A stretch of 64,000 bases of DNA from Octopus vulgaris (Eukaryota): assembly GCA_951406725.2 (NCBI GenBank), contig OX597828.1, positions 66,278,001 to 66,342,000 on the forward strand, read 5' to 3'. Shown here piece after piece: positions 51,491 through 64,000 of this stretch. The notes below the pieces were generated by a model that did no database searches, was not told the DNA's origin, and worked only from the letters and a program-made list of their open reading frames with translations. Positions within the stretch are counted from its first letter, which is position 1, and every line of letters begins with the position of its first letter. The position numbers were made by a program, and so were the translations under genes.

Positions 51491-52620
51491 AGAGAGAGAG
51501 AGAGAGAGAGAGAGAGCACTATTAGCAGAGCCATGATAGTGTAACTTGATAGAAAGCTATTCTTCGCAGAAATGATAAATGAATGAAGCCAGTTGGTGGG
51601 CAATTTAAAGAGGAGATTTGCAAGCCAGACATGGCCTTGCTAAGGTCAGTAGCAAGTATTGCTTTTACCAAATTCCTCAAGTGGTGAGTGACATAGGAGA
51701 GTAGGTCTCCAGTAGATTTGACTTTATGGAATTTTTATTAGTAGTTGTTAAGAACAAGATTCAATGTGTTGAGGAATGTCATTGTAAATATGTGTCCATT
51801 GCCTTTCAGTTAATGGAGGTGAGTGAGATAGGATAAAAGTTGGTAGGGCCAAAGGAGTTATTCTTGAAAAAATGGAGCGTAAATTTCTGTTTCGAAAATT
51901 AGGATAAATCCTTATAGAGAATGAGTCCAATTGAAAAGCATCAGAATCTAGCTTTGAGGTACATTGTTTGAGGATGATAAAAACAGCTTTGAAGTAACAG
52001 GAAGCACTTTCATACTTGGCCTATATTTAAAGGGAAAAATTTGACAAGTCAGTCAGTCACCGGCTGACAATACATCATCAAAGAGGCCAGGGAACAGAAG
52101 AAAGAAGATGTGCACCCAACACCAGAGCTGAAGACACCTCCAAAAGGGTAGGGGTGCCTGCCACGTCAAAACGGTAGAGGAGTAGGGGCTGAAACCAGAC
52201 GTGGTTCCTCCTGATGATGTCTTGAGCTAACTGGATCCTATAAAGGAGCTGTTGTGGTAGCAGACCACAAAACACGGTTGTAATTCCTCCCTGGTGTGTC
52301 TGGTGGGATAGAAAAGGACAGATCTGGAATAGATTTACCAAGTGAGTGTAGTTTGGAATTGGTTGTTGAGTGGGCAGTGAAAGTGGAACTTTATTGGCAT
52401 ACAGCTTACAGAATCATTAGGATTGAGAAATGGAGGCAAAAAAAAAAATGACCCCAGAAAATTTATGGAGGTTCTTTTGGTAAGAAACCAGAAGGATCAA
52501 CTACAGTTGCGGGGCAGGAAGCGGTTGAAAGTTATAGCATGTATGACAGCATCCTTCATGTTTTGGAGAGTGTCTTGTAAGAATTGCAGTGGTGGGTAAA
52601 TGCTAAACAATCTCCAAACA
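49660..52620 (-). mobile_element. Highly decayed non-LTR retrotransposon RT (CR1/Jockey-group-like) with later insertions
   Basis: LQGSVLLPTLLLLYLNHLL (51330-51390), FHKVKSTGDLLSYVTH (about 51700) and an NYRP-like ILSHSP region. Many stops. Confidence 0.55.
50842..50993. mobile_element. Small hAT-like MITE
   Basis: TIR CACTAGCATAACTAG / CTAGCTACGCTAGTG. 8-bp TSD TGTACACA / TGTACATA. Confidence 0.7.
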
Positions 52621-52984
52621 TTATAGGCTTTTTTTTTAGTCACTTACGTGTCTCTATGGCTATAATAAAAAATGTGTGTGTGTGTGTATGTGTGTATGTG
52701 TGCACTTGTACTTGTCTGTATGCAGAATAGTAGAAATATATTCAGATCACCAGTCAATTGGAAACTTATCAGAACCAGTCTGAACTGATGATAAAATTTC
52801 TATCAGTTAAGAGAATAACCAAGCTGTCTAATCCTAGCAGCATGATTTAGTAACAAACAGCAACTATGAATAGGAATGGACATGTCTTACTAAAAAATCC
52901 ATAACAATGACCTAGAACTTCAGCAACTGCTGTAATAGTATAATTTATTACATGACACTTTTTATGGAATAAATAATAAAAATT

Positions 52985-53002
52985 ATGATAATAATAATAA
53001 TG

Positions 53003-53062
<60 letters not shown>

Positions 53063-53282
53063 TATTTCTTTATTACCCACAAGGGGCTAAATATACAGGG
53101 GACAGACAAAGGTATTAAGTCGATTACATCGACCTCAGTACGTAACTGGTACTTAATTTATCGACCCCGAAAGGATGAAAGGCAAAGTCGACCTCGGCGA
53201 ATTTGAACTCAGAACGTAATGGCAGACGAAATACCGCAAAGCATCTTGCCCAATGTGCTAACATTTCTGCCAGCTCACTGCC

Positions 53283-53344
<62 letters not shown>

Positions 53345-53371
53345 TATAATAATAATTATAATTATAATAAT

Positions 53372-53412
<41 letters not shown>
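52985..53412. repeat. (AAT)n microsatellites flanking a SINE
   Basis: Simple repeat visible directly. Confidence 0.95.
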
Positions 53413-53413
<1 letters not shown>

Positions 53414-55226
53414 CACCACCATCTGGATAAGAGAGGGATTTAGTGGAGCAGGAGATTTTGGTTAATTTCTACTTTCGTCCCTTCCCCCACTGCCTAACAT
53501 GCAGTCTCCATTTATTCTTAAATCATTTCTATAACATCATTATTTTTCATTTTTTTTATTTATTGTTTACTCAAGAAGAGAAGCTAGCATCCATGACGCT
53601 TCACTTTCTGACAGGGGCCTCTGAAGCTGATAGGAGGAAAGGAGAAAATTATTTCCAAGCTAGAAATCTCACTAAAATGCTTGCAACAAAGTGAGCTCTG
53701 CTATAGACATTCAAAGACCAGTTGGTCGTGTGGAACTGGATGATTGATAGTTCTAATATTCTGAAACATGAACCGGACACCCATATTGCGTCACCTTATT
53801 GAACCCTTATATCATGTAATATCATCATCATCATCGTTTAACGTCTGCTTTCCATGCTAGCATGGGTTGGACGGTTTGACTGTGGGCTGGCGAACTAGAT
53901 AGCTGCACCAGGCTCCAGTCTTGATCTTGGCAGAGTTTCTACAGCTGGATGCCCTTCTTAACGCCAACCACTCCGAGAGTGTAGTGGGTGCTTTTACGTG
54001 CCACTGGCACGGGGGCCAGTCAGGCGGTACTGGCAACGACTTCGCTTTAATTTTTTACACATGCCAATGGCACAGGTGCCAGTAAGGCAATGCTGGTAAC
54101 GATCCTGCTCGAATGGTGCCTCCTACATGCCACCGGCATGTAGGAGGCACCATGTGAGCGTGTTATATTTCTGCTGCTTTTAAATAAAGTATATATATAT
54201 ATATATACTCTCACATATGCATATATATGCTGGGTTGATGTGATTCACTATCCCCCCACTACTTCCAATTTCTGCTCTAGGACTTGTGTGTAAAACCCTG
54301 TTTCTCAATGTATTTTTACTAATGAAATCCTTACAGTAACCAATCTTTCAACTTTTCTGTTCCAAATGGATTGCAACAGATGTTATTCTTCTCGAAGTCA
54401 ACAGGGGATAACTTTGTAAACAATTAAATAACCATTAAACAACATTTTGAAAGGAAGGGTTTTCTCTTCTAAATTTTTCTGCAGTTATTTTTCTTTCTTT
54501 AAGCAGTTTGCTAGTTTACTCAATAAGTATCTAAACACCATGACAGTGTTTAGCTACACCTGCTCAATATGTACCTAAACATCAAAACTCTTTAGATACA
54601 TGCTGAGACACTAAAGAGTGTAGGATGTCAAGTACAATTTTCACCTTGAATTTCTTTTCTCTTTCCTAAGTCACAACAGCTGGTAATTTTTATTTTCTTA
54701 TTGCTCCTTTTTTTGTTTGCTTCTCTCCAAGGGACCATTCTGTTTGACAACCTATATTCTCCGTTTATCATTTTATATACAGAGGTTATATTTGACCTCT
54801 TGATAATAGTTGTAAGATTCTCACCTGCGGAAGGCAAATAAATAGTTATATTTAGCAAATCAAAGTGGAAGTAGAGTGGCTATTAAACATCTGTGAGATG
54901 TAAAATAACAAATTTTTTTAGGTTCTTTTATAACATTTGGTTTTACATTATGCTTTATTTCAAGAGTTCTTTTAGTGCTTTTCTTGTTTTTCATGAATCT
55001 AACATTTGTTTCATTTCATACATTCCACCGACTTTTAACATCTTTCGCTTAAAATATCACATAATATTTACCTTCTGTTTCTTCGGATGGTGTAGTTGTT
55101 GTTGCTTATACTTTCTTCTGCTGAAAGAGGAACTATTCCTCTAGTTCTGGAATTATGACCCCCTTCAAAAGAACTTGTATCAGTGGATCCTTCATAATCT
55201 TCTTGACTTTTCTTTCTGGCACACAC

Positions 55227-55267
<41 letters not shown>

Positions 55268-55424
55268 TGTTGATAACAATCTCACATATTTGCAACCGGG
55301 ATGAATGAGTAAGTAACATTTTTAGGAATATTGCAACTGCTTGGAGTTAGAAAAGTAGTACAAAGATGCAAGTACTTACAAATCACTAGTGGTGGTCTAT
55401 TGTGGCTCTTGAAACCGGAAATGC

Positions 55425-55590
55425 TGAAGAAGAAGAAGAAGAAGAAGAAGAAGAAGAAGAAGAAGAAGAAGAAGAAGAAGAAGAAGGAGAAGAAGAAGAG
55501 CAGCAACAACAACAACAACAGCAGCAGCAACAGCAGAAGCAACGTCATCACCACCACCACCACTACCACCACCACCATCATCATCATCAT
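55425..55590. repeat. Compound (GAA)(CAA/CAG)(CAC)(CAT) microsatellite
   Basis: Continuous with the tail of an RTE 3' fragment. Confidence 0.95.
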
Positions 55591-57130
55591 TTAACGCCTG
55601 TTTTCTATGCTGGCATGGGTTGGATGGTTTGACTAGAGCTGGTTAGGCCAGGGGCTGCACCAGGCTCCATTGTCTGTTCTGGCATTGGTTTCTATAACTG
55701 GATGCCCTTCCTAATGCCAACCACTCCACAAAGTGGGCTGGGTGCTTTTTATGTGGCACCAACACCAGTAAAATGTAGTAAAATATGGGTGGGTTTGGTT
55801 ATTCCAGTGACGGCATAAACATCAGAAATAAATACAGTAAGGTTAAACATGTTGATAAGGCAAAATATTAGGGGTTAGCTAACACTATTACCTGGTGGAG
55901 GAAGCAAAGGAGACAAATATGAATGTCTATTTATAAAGTTACTTAGTATCCCCAGGGGAAATATAGATTTTACTAATAGCTTGTTAGCAATCTAGTAACT
56001 AACTTGCTATATAGTAATGTTCATAAAAAACATTAAATGACTCTGGGAAATATTATTATTTGATAATTTAATGATAAAGGAATGCATTTAACCCAACTGT
56101 GGTGCTTCAAGAACCCTTTGTAATTAAAGTATGGCTGAATAATTAAGAAGTTAGCTTCACAATCATGAGGTCCCAAGTTTGAACTCATTATACAGCATCT
56201 TGAGCGAATGCTTTCTTCATAAAGACCTTTACATGAGATCAGCCAAACCTTGTCAGTGAAATGGGAGAAATAAAAACTGCATTAAAACCCTTCAGGTTTT
56301 ATTGTCCACGTGGGCAAAGTTACCGGGTTTATTACACCTTGCATTATGTTGTTTTGGCTGGCTCTTTGAATTATCTGCAAAATTATTCTGATGCAATTTG
56401 TACTCAGTTTGTCTGTTTAGTTGCAATCAAGTTTTAAGTTGATTAAAGGCCACAGAAAAGAGATTCATCCCATGATGGAATGCATAGGAAGTGTATCCAA
56501 GACTTCAGGATCACAAAGGGAACTGAGATACTCAGCCATACTGGCATCCATATTTTTATTGTAAAGGACTGCTGCTCAACCTTTAGGCACCCCTTTATAG
56601 CATTTATATATCTACATATTATTTGAAAATAAGGTCTATCCTTTTTGTAAGTATTGATACAAAATAGATTAGACTAACAGTGGTGCTACAAGATGAATCA
56701 AATAATTTTAACACTACAACATTGCTAGTTTAGCAATTGTAACACTACAAGATGTCCCTAGTTAGAAATTGGAGCATTACAAAAAGTATCAAATACTTGG
56801 CATTTTTTCAATATAAAACGACAAAATCAAAACATTTCACTTTGGGTATTTCCGTGGAAGCAAATGACTGTTCGATTCTGTTTTCTGCTTGGAAATTTGC
56901 GGATTTTACCTACACACCTGAAACAGGTAAGAACAAATATGCAAATATTTTTTTTCCTTCAAGTTTAAAACGAGACATTGCTGGTATAATTTCATTATAT
57001 TTATTTATACTCCACAACCTACAAAATGTTTTGATTTTGTCGAGTTATATCGAAAGAATGGCAAATACTTTTTACACCATATGTTCCTAGTTTAGCAACT
57101 GTAACACATCAAAATGCACCTGGTTTAGCA

Positions 57131-57422
57131 GGTCATTGTAGAGATGTGTATTTGAAATAACTATAGCTGGTTGTTGAGATAATGTAGAAAATATGTAAAT
57201 GAAAATAAAGTTTATTTGGCAGCTGAAAGATTACTGAATCTTTTGATACCCCATATGTCAAAATCAACAACCCAGTTTTCAAATGCGTAAGGAATATACG
57301 CACACACGCATGCATGCACACATACACACACAATAGGCTTCTTTTAGTTTCCATCAACCAAATTAACCCACAAGGTTTTGGTAGGTCTGGGGCTATGGTA
57401 GAAGACATTTACCCAATGTGCT
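57131..57422 (+). repeat. ~290-bp near-identical local duplicate of 60551-60834
   Basis: Unique sequence and the adjacent SINE piece are copied together. Confidence 0.93.
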
Positions 57423-58153
57423 GCATGATGTTCCTAGTTAGAAATTGTAACTCTCCCAAATGCTCCTAGTTTAGTAAGTGTAACATCATAAAGATGTTTT
57501 TGGTTTAGTGAATGCATTTTTGTAATACATCAACTTCAATGCCAGACACTGACATAATTTAGGAAATGGTTACTCTCAATGATCAACACACAGATAACAT
57601 TACAAAAAATGCCATAGGAATCCTAAATTCTCCCTCTATTTTTAGCATTCTTTGGTTTGGTTATAATACAAATTCTTTTATCACAGGATTTAAAGTAAAA
57701 TAGAACAAATTTTTATCCTCACCCAAATGTGTAAACAGTAGAAATTTCTATTTCAGGAAATATAAAACCCATTTTGAGGAAAAAAAGTTGCAAAGTTTTC
57801 ACTTTATTCAGTCCAATATGAATAGTTTGCCAGAATCCTAGTAAAGTACTGAAAAGTTCTTTTATCTTTTGCTTGTTTCAGTCATTAGACTGAGGCCATG
57901 CTGGGGCACCACCTTGAAGAATTTTAAGTTGAATGAATCAACCCCCTGTATTCATTTTATTGTTAAACCTGATGCTTATTCCATCAGTCATTTTTGCTGA
58001 ACTGCTAAGTTATGGGGTCATAAACACACCAATACCAGTTGTCAAGTGGTGGTGGGGGACAAACACAAGCACAAAGACACACACACACACAAATATGATG
58101 GTTTTCCATCTATCAAATCCACTCACAAGGATTTGATCATCCCAAACCTATAG

Positions 58154-58468
58154 TGTGGAGGCACATGGCCTAGTGGTTAGAGCAGCGGACTCACGGTCGA
58201 GGGATCGCGGGTTCAAATCTCAGACCGGACGATGTGTGTTTATGAGCGAAACACCTAAGCTCCACGCGGCTCCAGCAGAAGGTAATGGCGAACTACTGCT
58301 GACTCTTTTGCCACAACGTTCTCTCACTCTTTCCTCCTACATCTTGCAGCTCACCTGTGACGGACCGGCGTCCCGTCCAGATGGGGAACCTATACGCCAA
58401 GAAACTGGGAAACCGGCCCTTATGAGCCAGGCATGGCTCGAGAAGGAACAAACAACAACAACAGCAAA
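58154..58468 (+). mobile_element. SINE with family 2 head and a different 3' module, nested in a family 4 SINE
   Basis: TGGCCTAGTGG / GTTCAAATCT boxes; (AAC)n tail; TSD CTATAGT. Confidence 0.85.
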
Positions 58469-59229
58469 AAGCTATAGTAGAAGACACTTGCCCCTTAGGT
58501 GCTATACAGTGGTACTGAACCCGGAACCATGTGGTTGGGAAGTAAGCTTCTTACCAAACAGTCATACCTATTACCAAATAAAGCCAGATATTAAAGAAAT
58601 ATGTTATATGTAAGTATGGTTAAGTATATATGTGCAAAAGCATGTGGGTATGTGTGTGCATGTGCGTGAGTGTGCGTGCGTGCGTGAGTGTGCATGCACA
58701 CACACACATTTGTACAATTGACAATATGCTGCTGCCTGTCTTATATTCTACAAACTTAGACATGCATCAATAAAAGGGTTTCCTTTTAAAACCTTACAGG
58801 ATCAATAGTGATTGAATTCGAATAATACAATGTGATGGAGTATTTTTCCCCAGAGATAATTTACTAAGTCCATAATGTTTCAGTGATGGAAACGGGATGG
58901 GATATGCAGAGGAATGGTATTCCTCTATTTTTCAGTTCATAGAGGAAGGAGGCTTATAGTGAGTGAACAAACCTTGCCTGCTTCCTTTCTAACTTGAGCC
59001 ACGTGGACCTTAGCATACTCCAAATTCCAAAAACGCCTTTCTATCACTCATATAGCTGCTTCACATTTTTGCAGTGAAAGTTTTCACGGGTGTATTTTTT
59101 TCCATTTCTTTGGAATTAATGAAATAATTACTAGTAATACTGTGTGAATGGGGGCAGGGAGGGTGTGCAGATGAAACAATTATATCTACATCATAATGAA
59201 ACTGGTGTTATACTTAATTAAAAGATATC

Positions 59230-59287
<58 letters not shown>

Positions 59288-62200
59288 ATTATTATTATTA
59301 TTATCCATTCGTCATTTATCCTGATGTAAATGTAATTATGAAATTCTTAATTAAGGATGAAGCCTTTAGCATGGAGAATTAAAGAGAATAGCTCACAGAC
59401 AGAATACACTGCCTGTCGTAAGATATGAACTCACAACCTATGAACTTGTTTCTCCATTCAGACCTTACACCTTAAATATTTATTTATATCTAAAGAAATG
59501 TCACCTAAAGGAAATTAATTAGACATAGTTACTGAGAAACTGGAACAGGGCCATATTAATAGATCTATGATAGAGTTACACTAACACATATACACTCACA
59601 CTATACACCAAAATAAAACCAGAGTCACATATTTGTAGCAATATTATTATATAAATATAAATTACACATGGGAGTGTGGTAAGAAGTTTGCTACCAACCA
59701 TATGGTTTGGAGTTCAGTCCCACTGTGTGCCACCTTGTGTGTCACCTGTGTGTCTCCTGCTATAGCCCTAGGTCAACCAAAGCCTTGTTAGTGGATTTGA
59801 TAGACAAAAACTGAAAGAAGCTCATTGTGTGTGTGTGTGTGTGCATGTGAGTGTGTGTGTTTTGTGCCTGTGTGGGTGTGTGTGTTTATATCCCCATAAC
59901 TTAGCAGTTTGGCAAAAGAGATCGCTAGAATAAGTACCAGGCTTAAAAAGAGAAAAAGTACTGGAGTTGATTCATTCAAGTTCTTCAAGGTGGTGCCCCA
60001 GCATGGGCGCAGTCTCACGACTGAAACAAGTAAAAACTAAAAGGTAAATATATTTACAGTAATATTCACTAACTGAACGTAACTGTGCAAATAGAACAAC
60101 TTCTGAAAGATATAAAACTGGTATAGGTATTTAACTAGAATTACATTGGTATCACCATCATCAACACTGCTACTGCAATCGCCACTTCCCCTCCTTCTCC
60201 TCTCCTTCCCTCATCACTGCCACCACCACCACACTCTCTCTCTCTCTCACACACACACACACATACATTATTTTTCATATACATGTGCATACATCTTATT
60301 TGTATATATGTGTGCATGTGTATGCGCATGTGAGAGAGAGAGAGAGAGAGAGAGAATGAGTGACTCACACAAACTCCCTTTTATATATATAGATGATAAG
60401 CAACTTTTTTTTTATCATAATACAGAAGTGACTTATTTGGAGACACATTACTTTCCTTATTCGCACGCATCTTCACTCTTGTAATTCGACACTTTGTAAT
60501 TTTAGTTCAAATTGAAAGTGTGAAACTATTTTCACTTTCTAATGGAACCTGGTCATTGTAGAGATGTGTATTTGAAATAACTATAGCTGGTTGTTGAGAT
60601 AATGTAGAAAATATGTAAATGAAAATAAAGTTTATTTGGCAGCTGAAAGATTACTGAATCTTTTGATACCCCATATGTCAAAATCAACAACCCAGTTTTC
60701 AAATGCATAAGGAATATACGCGCACACACACACACACACACACAATAGGCTTCTTTCAGTTTCCATCAACCAAATTAACCCACAAGGTTTTGGTAGGTCT
60801 GGGGCTATGGTAGAAGACATTTACCCAATGTGCTACACAGTGAGACCAAACCTGGAACACATGCTGCACACACATGCACATATATATATACACACATGCA
60901 CATATATATACGCACATGTATATACATACACACATGTATATACATACACACACACACATGCATATATGTGTATGACAAGCTTCCATACAATTTCCACCTA
61001 ATTTCACTGACAAGATATTAATTAATATAAGATTATAATAGTAGATACTTAACCAAGGAACCATACAGTTGTATGGAACCTGGAACCATCTCAACACATC
61101 CATACCTGTATCAATATATATATGCGATAATTAATATATGATTATAATCATATAGAAAAGATAGATAATTATCTATTTCTTCTCTAGAACTTTTATTTAG
61201 ACTAAATCTTACCAGTTTGTTTGCAGTGAGCCAAGTTCATAAAATATTCCATTTCATTTAATCATCTGATGATCTTGTGAAGATCGTTACTATTACATAG
61301 ACTTTACTTCAGCCCAAACACTGAACTAAGAAGTTGTGTCCGTGTAAGAAGACATCAATTATTTAGTTGAATACTTTCTATTGTAAAGGAGAGGTGTTAA
61401 AATATTGGTTTCGAATTTTGGCACAGGGCCAGAAATTTCAGGAATGGGGGTGGGGGCAGCTAGGCAATTACATCAACTGGTACTTATTTTATCAACCGTG
61501 AAAGGATGAAAGGTAAAGTCAATCTTGGCAGAATTTGAACACAGAACGTAAAGACAGATGAAATACCTATTTCTTTACTACCCACAAGGGGCTAAACACA
61601 GATGGGACGAACAAGGACAGACAAACGGATTGAGTCAATTATATCGACCTCAGTGTGTAACTCGTACTTATTTAATCGACCCCGAAAAGATGATAGGCAA
61701 AGTCGACCTCGGCGGAATTTGAACTCAGAACGTAGTGGCAGACGAATTACCGCTAAGCATTTCACCTGGCGTGCTAACGATTCTGCCAGACAAAATACCA
61801 TGAAGTATTTTACCTAGTGAACTGATTTGGTTTCAATTTTTGGCACAAAGCCAACAATTTAGGGGGAGGGGCTATGTTGATTGTATTGATCTCAGTGGTC
61901 AACTGGTACTTAGTTTATTGACCCTGAAAAGATGAAAGTTGGCCTTGGCAGAATTTGAACTCAGAACATAAAGACAGATGAAATGCTGCTAAGCATTTTA
62001 GTGGTCTTAAGATATTAATATTTAAAATATACTTGAGGAATTTGGGAGTTGAGGAATGTATATTGACCAATGAAAACTTTATTTGTAATAAATAGAAAAG
62101 GCAGAGCTGTGTGTACAAGCCAATAAAGTTCAGAGGAAATTTGGCTGTGTAACAAAGTGATTAAGTTGGACTGTTGAGGTGATGTATGAAGAGACCATTC

Positions 62201-63399
62201 CTGTAGAAAAAAAATAATAATATATTTAAGTTGAAGAAGAAAACCAGAAGATAAAATCTAAGTTTTCATCTAATAAAACTGTAATCTTAATGAATTATTA
62301 GAAAGAGATGTTTTTGTTATTTGTTGTTGTTTCTTTGCATCTTGTGTTGAAGACAAAGGAGTATCATTTATCTTTCCCTGCCCAGTATTTTATCAATGTA
62401 TCGTTTTACAGCTTTTCTGTTCTGGTAAAAATAGTTGATTAGATCTGTGGTTCTCAACCTTTTACAGTTTAGAACCTAATAAATGTTTTACAGCTTTTTC
62501 TCTCCCATTCTGTCTTTTATTTATTACTTGTTTCAGTCACTGGTCTGCAGCCATGCTGGGGCACCAGTTTGAAGGGTTTTTTAGAGGAACAAACTGACCC
62601 TAGTACTTGCTTTTAGATCTGGTACTTATTCAATTGGTCCCTTTTGTTGAACTGCTAAGTTATGGGGAGGTAAACAAATCAACACCAATTGTCAAGCAGT
62701 GGTGGTGGTGGCAGGGAACACACACACACACACATGGTGGCTTTCCAGACAGTTTCCTCCAACCAAATTCATTCACAAGGCATTGGTCAGCTTGGAGCTA
62801 TAGTTGAAGACACTTGCCCATAGTACATGCAGAGGGTTTGAACCCGAAACCATGTGGTTACAAAGTAAGTTTCTTCTTAACCACACATACATTTCTTTTT
62901 TGCAGAAAAAACATGGATTCCCAACAGATTATGGAAATTACTGAAGGTATGAGCTTATATAACAAAATTACATTGTACTTTGGTACATCAGTCCAGTCAA
63001 GTTTACATTCTCTGATAACATGTTTTCATCCTGATGAACATTCTGTTTTGAAAATGTGTTTAAAACATAACTATTGTAACTGATTTAAACATTATAATAC
63101 CTGGTTTAAATATTATAGTTCTAAGAAGGTGGTGAGTTAGTAGAAGCATTAGCATGCTGGGCAAAATGCTTAATGGCATTTCATCCGTCTTTATGTTCTG
63201 AGTTCAAATTCCACCAAGGTTAATCTTGCCTCTCATCCTTCTGGGGTTGACAAAATGAGTACCAGTTGAGCACTGTGGTCGATATAATCGACTTAATCCC
63301 TCCCTAGAACTTGCTGGCCTTGTGCCAAAATTTGAAACCAATATTATAGTTTTAAGAGAAATTAAAACTCCTCTAAATATCCCGTGCCCTCTTTAGTGC

Positions 63400-63758
63400 A
63401 GTGTTGATATGCATCACCCTCATTCCAAAAGCTGAAGCAGTTGTATGGGGAACACTGCCCCACCCACCATATTTGCTGGACATTGCCCCATCTGATCATT
63501 ATTTATTCCATAGTCTTCAAAATCATTTGGATGGAAAAAGTATGAATTCTGTAGATGAGATCAGAACAATACTGGAGGATTATTTTTTGTCATGGACAGG
63601 TAAATTTGGAAAGAGGTGCCTTGTAAGTCGACAGATGGAAGAGCATTGTATAAAATGAAGGAGAGTGTATTTTAGATTTAAAAAAAGAACTTTGTTTATC
63701 TTAATTTTGAAAAAATAAAAGTATAAAAGAAACTGCATTATTTATGGGATGACCCAAT
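63400..63758 (+). mobile_element. Mariner transposase 3' remnant with right TIR
   Basis: TLPHPPYLLDIAPSDHYLFHSLQNHL. Ends ...GGGATGACCCAA-TA. Confidence 0.85.
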
Positions 63759-64000
63759 ATTTTACCTGTTTATTTTCCCAAGTTACAAAATGATTTTAAT
63801 TACATTTCCACAAGACATTTTTATAACTTACAAATACAGGTAGCTGCATGATAATCATAGAATTTCATATCGACACTAACAAATTCTTGAGTTGTGGAGG
63901 GGTTTATAGCGAGTGGAAAAGGGATGTATTCTACATTGTCCCTTTTTCTTTTATATCCTCTTTAGTTTAGGTCATTTTCAGAAAAACATTACTACCTGAA

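Noticed and set aside
55282-55632. Poly-E/Q/H, poly-K and poly-F ORFs
   Set aside because: Compound trinucleotide microsatellite continuous with an RTE tail.

Overview
AT-rich, repeat-dense eukaryotic DNA. The SINE, LINE and microsatellite repertoire suggests a cephalopod (Octopus-like) genome; that is an inference from repeat style. Only two host genes are supportable. One is the first coding exon of a probable TRIP4/ASC-1 gene (minus strand, 583-659, running out of the left edge). The other is an intact, intronless, highly divergent ferritin (minus, 10865-11389) that lacks most ferroxidase and 3-fold-channel acidic ligands and has no IRE. The rest is mobile DNA: a young 5'-truncated RTE LINE with a PHD-like finger inside its RT, CR1 and other LINE fragments, several tRNA-derived SINE families, mariner, Tigger, hAT and piggyBac remnants, Merlin-like MITEs with 8-bp TSDs, non-autonomous Helitrons, and Penelope-like terminal repeats. 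The most notable signals are (1) several families of minimal type I hammerhead ribozyme motifs in (TA)n-embedded or fold-back repeats, (2) a SINE that forms headless multimers always joined at the same nucleotide, (3) the catalytically rewired ferritin, and (4) a fold-back whose second arm preserves the empty site of a Helitron. Repeat boundaries are approximate unless TIR or TSD coordinates are given.
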